44,431 nucleotides of DNA, from IMG/VR virus record IMGVR_UViG_3300010376_000060, positions 1-44,431 of that record; one strand, 5' to 3'. Shown here piece after piece: positions 38,283-44,431 of this stretch (position 1 is its first letter; every line of letters starts with the position of its first letter). Below the pieces are notes generated by a model. That model saw only the letters and a list, made by a program, of their open reading frames with translations. It was not told where the DNA came from and did no database searches. The DNA comes from a virus (Duplodnaviria; Caudoviricetes). The translations under genes and the position numbers were made by a program.

Positions 38283-39227
38283 TCATACAGTCTCCAGTTT
38301 CTTCCACTCATCAGTCTGTATCCACTTGGCTACGTCAAGTTCGCGTCGATGTACGATACCGTTGATCGCGTCGCTATCCGCTGGCGCTTTCTTCGTCTCA
38401 TCGACATGTGACGCGTAGTAGGTAAGCGCACTATAGACAGACCACAGCGTGCGACCACGCACTTCGATCTCGTTGAGCCATTGATTGCTCAGGTGCTCGA
38501 AGCGCGATGGTGTCTTCGCGACGGCGTGGAAGAACGCCATCGTATCTTCACGCGTTACGGGCGTATCGGCCCACCGCGTGAACGCGAGTGCGCTATCGGC
38601 GTAAGCCGCGATCGCCTTATCGATATGCTCGCGTAACTGCGGTATGACTAGGCCGCTGGTATGGCGGCGATACATGGTAGCGTATTCACCACGGATCATG
38701 CCGTTGGTGCAGAAGAAGTCGATAGCACCTGTGTAGTTGCGAAGCGCACTCCCACCGTAGCCATTCTGCACGATGATTCGCAGCGCGACCAGCGATGCAC
38801 GATCGCCTCGACCTCCGATACGACAGTTGATCGAAGGAAATATATACTCACGCAAGCAGGATTTGCCTTGCATCGCAACTCGATCCACGCAGTAAGCGTC
38901 ATCAAGTTCATCGGCGGTGAAGGCTGCTTCCATTGTATCGCTGACGGCATTGAACAGCTCACGGTTATGGATCATAGCGTACGAACGCTTGACTACGGCC
39001 AACGGGATAGCGTGAGAGCTATCGGGTGACAGGCGCACGAGGCATTTGTGATCCGATATCAGGTTGGGTTTATCGTCGCGACCGATCCACGCGACGTTGC
39101 GTTCACCGACTGGGAACATGATCGGTGAGTTGGCAGCGGCACGCGATTCGCTAAACGGGATTGCGTTCGCGTGGTAAAACCGCTGCGATCTTGTCACCAC
39201 GCTGATTGGTTGATTCGGTTGGTTCAT
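38283..39227 (-). CDS. DUF932/DUF945-like protein
   Basis: V...Y..IHN.ELF, NGYGGS, FFCTNGMI, H, TLWSVYSALT.YASH. Confidence 0.8.
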   Translation of the reverse strand: MNQPNQPISVVTRSQRFYHANAIPFSESRAAANSPIMFPVGERNVAWIGRDDKPNLISDHKCLVRLSPDSSHAIPLAVVKRSYAMIHNRELFNAVSDTMEAAFTADELDDAYCVDRVAMQGKSCLREYIFPSINCRIGGRGDRASLVALRIIVQNGYGGSALRNYTGAIDFFCTNGMIRGEYATMYRRHTSGLVIPQLREHIDKAIAAYADSALAFTRWADTPVTREDTMAFFHAVAKTPSRFEHLSNQWLNEIEVRGRTLWSVYSALTYYASHVDETKKAPADSDAINGIVHRRELDVAKWIQTDEWKKLETV

Positions 39228-39239
39228 TATTTCACTCCC

Positions 39240-39455
39240 TTAGGTCCAACGTTCTTTGTCTGGGTTCCAAGTGTAACCCCAGTGCCACATTTCCTCGTGA
39301 TGCGGGTCATCGCATCGGCACGTGTTGTCGGCGCGATAGTGGTCTGCATCTAGGATGCAGTGCGGACACGCTTGTATAGCGCTCTGCGGTATCTCACGGA
39401 TATTGCTTTCTGTAGGTACGCCATCAACCATTGTCAGCTTGCTGAACCGGGTCAC
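39240..39455 (-). CDS. Small Cys/His-rich putative Zn-binding protein
   Basis: GAGGAGG RBS before GTG; CPHC..H..CRC..H. Confidence 0.75.
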   Translation of the reverse strand: MTRFSKLTMVDGVPTESNIREIPQSAIQACPHCILDADHYRADNTCRCDDPHHEEMWHWGYTWNPDKERWT

Positions 39456-39924
39456 TATTATCCTCCTCTATGTGAACGTAAGTACGGCCTCGATGGAGTT
39501 CGGTCACCGTCTGACGCGATACTCCGTAGAGTTCTGCGATCTCTGCATGCGTGCGGCCAGCGTCGAGCAAGCGGCGTATTGCCTTGATGACGCTGCGCGG
39601 TAACCCGTGGCGTTCGCGCTCCATCATATCGCGCGCGTTCATGGCTTCGTTGCCGATCGACATGTGGTCTGGGTTACAGCAGCCGATCGGATATTGTCCG
39701 TTGTCGCACGAGTGCAGGATGATCTGTTCGTCGGTTGGTTTGACGCCACGCACGAGGTAGTAGACAAGGCGGTAGGCGATCCAACGCGTGCCGTTGGTCT
39801 GGTAGTAGGGGCGTTTATTACGATCGCGACCGCCCCAACCGCCGCCGCGCCACGGCCAGCATTCGCTGCGCGACTTCATGTCGATGTGGTCGAACACACT
39901 GGCGGGGTCGTTTGGTCCTGGCAT
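39424..39924 (-). CDS. HNH endonuclease with C-terminal HTH
   Basis: ECWPW, AYRLVY, ILHSCDN..CCNPDHM..N..DM; THAEIAELYGVSRQTV; GGAGGAG RBS. Confidence 0.9.
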   Translation of the reverse strand: MPGPNDPASVFDHIDMKSRSECWPWRGGGWGGRDRNKRPYYQTNGTRWIAYRLVYYLVRGVKPTDEQIILHSCDNGQYPIGCCNPDHMSIGNEAMNARDMMERERHGLPRSVIKAIRRLLDAGRTHAEIAELYGVSRQTVTELHRGRTYVHIEEDNSDPVQQADNG

Positions 39925-39939
39925 CGGTGGTGCTCCTCC

Positions 39940-39952
39940 ATTACATTGTAAA
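39940..39952. promoter_or_regulatory. Palindromic site ATTACATTGTAAA
   Basis: Abuts the HNH RBS. Confidence 0.75.
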
Positions 39953-40007
39953 GCGGCGGCTCCGCCGCTGCACGTGATACTCACAACACCACTAACGTGC
40001 GGTAGCA

Positions 40008-40033
40008 GCGTCGCCTGCGTCGCCTGCGTCGCC
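40008..40033. repeat. 9-bp tandem repeat GCGTCGCCT x~3
   Basis: Read directly. Confidence 0.8.
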
Positions 40034-40079
40034 ATAGTGGTATCGCGATGATGCACGTGCGGCGGCTTCGCCGCCGATA

Positions 40080-40295
40080 CTACCGCACCTTGCTGCCCTT
40101 TGGTATCGTATTGTTCACCGACTCAGCGATCGCATACCACTTGTGGGGTTCCGGGTAATGCGGGCCTTCGAGATAGACGGTGCCATTCTGCACGCGCCTG
40201 CCCCATGGACCCGGCTGGTAGATCGCAACGTCGCGCTCAGCAACAGCTTCGCGCAGCGCTTTCTTGGTTCTGAAGTTCTCAACGCAGTAGGTCAT
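40080..40295 (-). CDS. Small phage protein (NFRTKKAL...EGPHYP.PH.WYA)
   Basis: TAAGGA RBS; globular-looking 71 aa. Confidence 0.8.
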   Translation of the reverse strand: MTYCVENFRTKKALREAVAERDVAIYQPGPWGRRVQNGTVYLEGPHYPEPHKWYAIAESVNNTIPKGSKVR

Positions 40296-40362
40296 TGTAT
40301 TGGTCCTTATCTGTTGCGTGATATCGAGTGGCGTCACGTGGTGTAGCGTGTAGTGTGTAGCG

Positions 40363-40824
40363 TCACGTGGGCGGCTCCGCCGCCGTTCCGAATATCGCGG
40401 TTATGATCGCGATGGCTTCGTGCAACGGCATCGTGGTGTCGATAGTGATACGTGCCATGCCGTTACCAATAGCACGCAAGCTGAACGTCTGTTGCGTTGG
40501 TTCTGGTCGTCGCGTCTTGCTCTGTTGTGGCATTGCTAGCAGCGCGTCGGCTATCGGAGTGTCTATCGATACATCGGGCGGCTTATGTTGCGACGTCAAT
40601 CGATCTGCGTCTACGTTCAGTGCTGCTGCCAGCTTATCGCGATACTGATCCGACACACCATTCTTGCCTCTCATCCACATATAGATGCCCGGTGATCCTC
40701 TAGGTAGACCCAACATCACATTGACCTGAGCAGGGGTCAGGCTTAGCGCAGCTATTCTACTGCGGATGAGCTTGCCGATCGTTGTCTGATGCGCTCTATC
40801 TAGCCTCTTGTGTTTACTGATCAT
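40363..40824 (-). CDS. XRE/Cro-like HTH regulator
   Basis: IGKLIRSRIAALSLTPAQVNVMLG..IYMWMRGK..KLAAALNV; ATGA overlap. Confidence 0.7.
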   Translation of the reverse strand: MISKHKRLDRAHQTTIGKLIRSRIAALSLTPAQVNVMLGLPRGSPGIYMWMRGKNGVSDQYRDKLAAALNVDADRLTSQHKPPDVSIDTPIADALLAMPQQSKTRRPEPTQQTFSLRAIGNGMARITIDTTMPLHEAIAIITAIFGTAAEPPT

Positions 40825-41090
40825 CGGTTGCGCCCTCGCCTGATCTCGACCAATGGAGCAGTAGCATTGGCAACAAGCACATACCACGCCTGACGATAGG
40901 CGATCGTACGCGTTTTCAAGCCTTGGCCGTAGATACCGCTGCCGTCGCGCGCGACCCAATACCAACCGCACATCATGCGCAGTTCGTCCTTCGGTCTTCG
41001 TTCATTCCACGCCTTGGTATCGTGGCGCGACAGATAGTTTATCCGCGCCACGGCATCAACTGCCGATACGACGCTATTCGGTAACCACAT
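40821..41090 (-). CDS. Hypothetical protein (89 aa, Trp-rich)
   Basis: AAGGA RBS. Confidence 0.7.
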   Translation of the reverse strand: MWLPNSVVSAVDAVARINYLSRHDTKAWNERRPKDELRMMCGWYWVARDGSGIYGQGLKTRTIAYRQAWYVLVANATAPLVEIRRGRNR

Positions 41091-41091
41091 C

Positions 41092-41355
41092 TCATTGATC
41101 CTTATCAGCCGGACGCACAACGAACGCATCGTCACCGGCATCGCGACGCGCCGTTATGTTGAGCACGCTGCCATCAGCGCGCAGCAACAAGTAGGTTCCG
41201 TATTCATAGTCGGCAGTTGCGATCCACAACTGCCAACCATCACCCGCACGTACAACGCGCATAAGCCGCGTGCCAATCGGGATATACACGATGTCCCGTT
41301 GAGACTGCGGCTTACTTACGATGTGGGTAGACGGATGTAGTTTGCGGCTAACCAC
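41092..41355 (-). CDS. Hypothetical protein (start uncertain)
   Basis: Fills the operon gap; GTG start overlapping the upstream gene. Confidence 0.6.
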   Translation of the reverse strand: MVSRKLHPSTHIVSKPQSQRDIVYIPIGTRLMRVVRAGDGWQLWIATADYEYGTYLLLRADGSVLNITARRDAGDDAFVVRPADKDQ

Positions 41356-41698
41356 GCGTGGTCGCGCGTTCGAGTGCGACTTCGGCGCTAGATCGAGAGC
41401 CGAAGACCAATAACTTATCTGCATCATCACGCAACGCACGACCAGCGATGTTAACGGTATAGTAGCCTTGGATACGCTGGATCGTGCATAGCATCAGCGC
41501 GATGACCGTGATGTTAGGCTGACCCATGTAGTTCTGCATCGCGCGTCGGGTCAGTTGGTTCGGGTTATCGTAGCTGTGCCACGAATGCCATGTGTTGTGC
41601 CCGCGCTCTTGGATCAGCGCGCGAACAACGTGGATAGTAGGAGCGATGCTGCCAACGTCAGGATGACTAGCAGCCACGTTGTTATTCTCGTGTTCCAT
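41348..41698 (-). CDS. Hypothetical protein (116 aa)
   Basis: GAGG RBS. Confidence 0.75.
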   Translation of the reverse strand: MEHENNNVAASHPDVGSIAPTIHVVRALIQERGHNTWHSWHSYDNPNQLTRRAMQNYMGQPNITVIALMLCTIQRIQGYYTVNIAGRALRDDADKLLVFGSRSSAEVALERATTRG

Positions 41699-41705
41699 GG
41701 CATCC

Positions 41706-41984
41706 TCAATGCATCGTTTGGTGTGACGCAGTGACCGCCTTTGTTAGCAAGCGGCTGACCATCATGGTGAATACCAGCATCTCGTCTTCGCTATCGCCGA
41801 TCGTCAAGGCTGCTAACTGCGATACGAGTGCTAGAACGACATCAGCGATACGCGCATCGCTTTCACGGAACGTCTTGCTTATTTCGCTGCTGATGGTACG
41901 TGCTTTGTGTTCGTTACATTCGTCGAGCAGCACTTTGATCGCAACATCTACACGCTCCGATGCTTCCTTCATACTCAGTGTCAT
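41706..41984 (-). CDS. Hypothetical helical protein (92 aa)
   Basis: AAGGA RBS before ATG 41984. Confidence 0.7.
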   Translation of the reverse strand: MTLSMKEASERVDVAIKVLLDECNEHKARTISSEISKTFRESDARIADVVLALVSQLAALTIGDSEDEMLVFTMMVSRLLTKAVTASHQTMH

Positions 41985-42027
41985 TTCATTGATCCTTGTC
42001 TGTGCTGCATAGCAGCGGGTTGCGCCA

Positions 42028-42040
42028 ATTACATTGTAAT
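42028..42040. promoter_or_regulatory. Palindromic site ATTACATTGTAAT
   Basis: In the leader of the early operon. Confidence 0.75.
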
Positions 42041-42099
42041 GGCGGTAGTTGAGGCTTGGATTGTCGGCTGGTCGAGATCGGGGGCATACGATCGCAACA

Positions 42100-42162
42100 T
42101 ATGTGCTATCGCACATAGTGTGCGATAGCACTACTATGTGCTATCGCACACAGTAGTGCTAT
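42100..42162. repeat. Nested direct/inverted repeat (A-A'-A)
   Basis: TATGTGCTATCGCACA at 42100 and 42135; inverted copy at 42119-42131. Confidence 0.85.
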
Positions 42163-42180
42163 TCTATAGCCCACCACCCA

Positions 42181-42209
42181 ACCCTACCACAGTTCTTATC
42201 GTATGTCAA
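42181..42209 (-). promoter_or_regulatory. Putative sigma70 promoter
   Basis: TTGACA-17-TAGGGT with TG extension. Confidence 0.55.
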
Positions 42210-42561
42210 GTTTCGGCTTTGGCACGCGTTTCATGGTCTTGTAGCGCCATCTCACTAGGCCGTTTGCTGCTCTTGCTATCTTACTCATTACGATATCGGA
42301 GTCAGCAGCGCCCAATATACAGCTAACTTTGTTGTATTCTTTTCGGTATAGAGCAAACCCCTCGAAGTTACGTGTGCCATCTCTGTTTACGATATCGCTC
42401 TCGGATACGAGCAATAGGCTGTTACCGAGTAGCTCATATCTTACTTGATCGAAGGTAAACGCCGTCGGGAACATGACGATATCCGCTTTACAAAGTAAAT
42501 CGCCTATGCGCTCCATGTATCTCTTTGGGTATCGTGCGTGTATCACTTGCTCCTCCACCAT
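42196..42561 (-). CDS. Hypothetical early protein (121 aa, lower GC)
   Basis: Directly behind a consensus promoter; start ATG 42561 or GTG 42546. Confidence 0.75.
   Translation of the reverse strand: MVEEQVIHARYPKRYMERIGDLLCKADIVMFPTAFTFDQVRYELLGNSLLLVSESDIVNRDGTRNFEGFALYRKEYNKVSCILGAADSDIVMSKIARAANGLVRWRYKTMKRVPKPKLDIR
42487..42499. promoter_or_regulatory. Intragenic variant site TTTACAAAGTAAA
   Basis: Matches TTAC-WWW-GTAA; ~70 bp downstream of the promoter. Confidence 0.4.
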
Positions 42562-42569
42562 TGTCGATC

Positions 42570-42598
42570 ATTATAGCACAACTAAATCCCTATGTCAA
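42570..42598 (-). promoter_or_regulatory. Perfect consensus sigma70 promoter
   Basis: TTGACA-17-TATAAT, extended TGn. Confidence 0.9.
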
Positions 42599-42866
42599 GT
42601 CTACTAACAATGGCACGTGGCGTGCGTTGCAAGCCATAATGGGGGGTGGTGGATGGTGGATTGTCAGCGGTTTAGCGCGCGTTGTTTTAGCCGATTGTGA
42701 TGCACGTTGCGTTTGCGCTGCGCCGGTGGCGTCGACGCTCGATGTTTCACGGGGAACATTGGTGTGCGTTCGTGTTCTGTCCACGTGGGCGCTTGCGCCG
42801 GATCGCGGTTGTTGGTCGTGGCGTCACGTGGGTCACGTGGGCGCAAGTGCGCCGGATCGTAGGCAC

Positions 42867-42899
42867 AAAAAAACCCGCTGCCATTTCTGGCAGCGGGTT
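42867..42899 (-). terminator. Rho-independent terminator
   Basis: AACCCGCTGCCA-GAAA-TGGCAGCGGGTTTTTTT. Confidence 0.9.
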
Positions 42900-42916
42900 G
42901 TTAGTTAGTCGGTTAG

Positions 42917-43060
42917 TTAGCGGACGGTATCGCTGATCGAACCCTCAACGTCTAGATAGTTGGCGGTGCAACCATGCCAGCCATTGCTATTGCAGTCATC
43001 GTATATCCACCACAACGCAAGCCATGCGGCGAGGACCCATACGAACCAAGGTATCTTCAT
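42917..43060 (-). CDS. 47-aa Trp-rich membrane peptide (not in the ORF track)
   Basis: GGAG RBS; MKIPWFVWVLAAWLALWWIYDDCNSNGWHGCTANYLDVEGSISDTVR; lies between two terminators. Confidence 0.65.
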   Translation of the reverse strand: MKIPWFVWVLAAWLALWWIYDDCNSNGWHGCTANYLDVEGSISDTVR

Positions 43061-43078
43061 TGCAGTCACTCCGTAAAG

Positions 43079-43111
43079 AAAAAGCCCGCATAGCTTGCGC
43101 CATGCGGGCTT
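43079..43111 (-). terminator. Rho-independent terminator
   Basis: AAGCCCGCATGGC-GCAA-GCTATGCGGGCTTTTT. Confidence 0.85.
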
Positions 43112-43127
43112 GCTTGGTTGAGCCGAG

Positions 43128-44219
43128 TTACTTGCTCGCGACCTTGGCAGCCTTGGCCGCTTCCGCCTTGGCCGCAGCCAATGCCGCGCGGACTTTGTGG
43201 ATCAAGCTCTCGATATCCGCTAACAAGTTACTGACGTTCGACGGGACGTGTTCCGCATCCGCATGATGCTTGGCCACGATATCGGCCAGCACATCACGCG
43301 TAGCCTGCATCGATGCTTCAAGCGGCAGCATCTTGTAGGCAGCAACCGTTGCCTGCTGTTGCGCCGGATTAAGCACAACCGGCTTGCCGTTCACTGGCGT
43401 TGTAGCAGTAGCGGCAGCAACCGTCGCCTGAGTTGCAGCGTCCGGCTTGCTGCGGACAGCGCCGCGCCCGCGCCGCTGACGGACGCGGTTCAGGCTAGCG
43501 GTAGCCTTGTCAGCGTCTGCATCGCTACCATGCGACGCGCGGACGCTTTCCAGCGTATCGAGTGTTGCGGTCTGGTCGCGCGGCTCTTCTTCGGAGTTGA
43601 ACACCGCGACGAATGACGCGTCCAAGTGAACCAATTCGCGCTTTTCGAATTGGCCAAGCGACATGTTGCGTCCAACGAACGCGGTGGGCGGAACAGCGAA
43701 GAAACCCGCTGCCTTGTCGAACGCGTCGGCAGTATAGCCAAGCCGATGCAACCGCGCCGCTGCATCGACCGCGCGCCGGATACGCTGCGCATGGCTGTCA
43801 TACGTGCGCCGTGCGTCGCGCTGCGCCATGTTGGCTTCCTTGTCCATGGTGCCATGCTTCGGCTTATCGCCAATGAACGCGAGCATCACCATCGTGGTGA
43901 ATGCAGCGCGCGCTTCACCGGCTGGCGTCTTTTTCAGCGGATCGCTGATACCAGCGGCAACGTCAAGCCACGTGGCAACCGGTTCATTAGTCTGGCGCAT
44001 GGTAAGCGCGTGATGATACTGCATCACATCATATGCCAGCTTCTGCCCAATTGACGCACTGGTCTTCGCAAGCTTGTCTTCGCTCGCGAGTAGCGCCTGA
44101 GCGTCGGCAATGATTGCCTTGGCTTCGGCTTCGAAATCGAACGGCGCAACCGTTGCGGTTGTCTCGTTCAGTTCCGCCTTGCGGGTAGCGCGGCGGATAG
44201 CAACAACGTTCTTAGCCAT
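43128..44219 (-). CDS. First early gene, Ala-rich 363-aa protein of unknown function
   Basis: AGGAG RBS, own promoter and terminator. Confidence 0.85.
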   Translation of the reverse strand: MAKNVVAIRRATRKAELNETTATVAPFDFEAEAKAIIADAQALLASEDKLAKTSASIGQKLAYDVMQYHHALTMRQTNEPVATWLDVAAGISDPLKKTPAGEARAAFTTMVMLAFIGDKPKHGTMDKEANMAQRDARRTYDSHAQRIRRAVDAAARLHRLGYTADAFDKAAGFFAVPPTAFVGRNMSLGQFEKRELVHLDASFVAVFNSEEEPRDQTATLDTLESVRASHGSDADADKATASLNRVRQRRGRGAVRSKPDAATQATVAAATATTPVNGKPVVLNPAQQQATVAAYKMLPLEASMQATRDVLADIVAKHHADAEHVPSNVSNLLADIESLIHKVRAALAAAKAEAAKAAKVASK

Positions 44220-44308
44220 AGTGTTCAGTCTCCTAAGCGGCTTGCAGCGTCACACCATGTGAGCCGTCAATCCGCAACACGCTGTATGTGTTGCATCAGC
44301 GTGCAAAC

Positions 44309-44337
44309 ATAGTAGCACAACACAGTGTCTGTGTCAA
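44309..44337 (-). promoter_or_regulatory. Sigma70 promoter
   Basis: TTGACA-17-TACTAT, extended TGn. Confidence 0.8.
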
Positions 44338-44375
44338 ATCGCAACAACAAGCTGCGATGCAATCGACAGCGCGCC

Positions 44376-44388
44376 ATTACAAAGTAAT
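44376..44388. promoter_or_regulatory. Palindromic variant site ATTACAAAGTAAT
   Basis: ~40 bp upstream of the early -35. Confidence 0.6.
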
Positions 44389-44431
44389 AGGCCGACGGCG
44401 CGCGCTCCATTTGTAACGCTGTGCGCGAATG

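Larger units (their letters stand above)
1..44431. mobile_element. Near-complete or complete podovirus-like dsDNA phage genome
   Basis: Packaging, head, short-tail and ejection genes on +, replication and early genes on -, converging at 28571/28591; no host housekeeping genes; both ends non-coding. Confidence 0.93.

Noticed and set aside
39925-40056. N-terminal extension of the HNH ORF (MATQATQAT...)
   Set aside because: It runs through repeats, a hairpin and the palindrome; a strong GGAGGAG RBS supports ATG 39924
40363-40824. Lysogeny module / temperate lifestyle
   Set aside because: An HTH gene is present, but no integrase, ParA or divergent cI/cro pair was recognised; lifestyle remains unresolved
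38201-44337. Repeated TGTCAA(G) as a separate operator
   Set aside because: Explained as minus-strand -35 TTGACA boxes with correctly spaced -10 elements

Overview
The window looks like an essentially complete ~44.4-kb tailed-phage genome of podovirus type, with no tape measure, tail tube or sheath. It has two convergent arms. The + arm (407-28571) carries TerS/TerL, portal, scaffold, major capsid, a free-standing LAGLIDADG endonuclease, adaptor, nozzle, a fibre plus two tailspikes, small membrane proteins, two GNAT-like proteins and four ejection-type proteins. The - arm (44219-28591) carries early genes behind near-consensus sigma70 promoters, an XRE-like HTH, HNH, DUF932-like protein, Cas4-like nuclease, AAA ATPase, SSB, RecD-like helicase, a UDG-like-domain/PolA fusion and a DUF3987-like ATPase. 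I recognised no integrase, RNA polymerase, primase, tRNA, CRISPR or endolysin. Main signals: (1) a ~50-aa Trp-bounded module inserted in frame six times in the tailspikes, twice inside another copy of itself; (2) a 13-bp palindrome WTTACWWWGTAAW in 12 copies, mostly at gene starts, promoters and the arm junction; (3) a repeated CACGTG+GC-hairpin element in the early region; (4) a G-rich, possibly recoded capsid 3' end beside the homing endonuclease. All family assignments come from motifs recognised by eye; no database searches were run.
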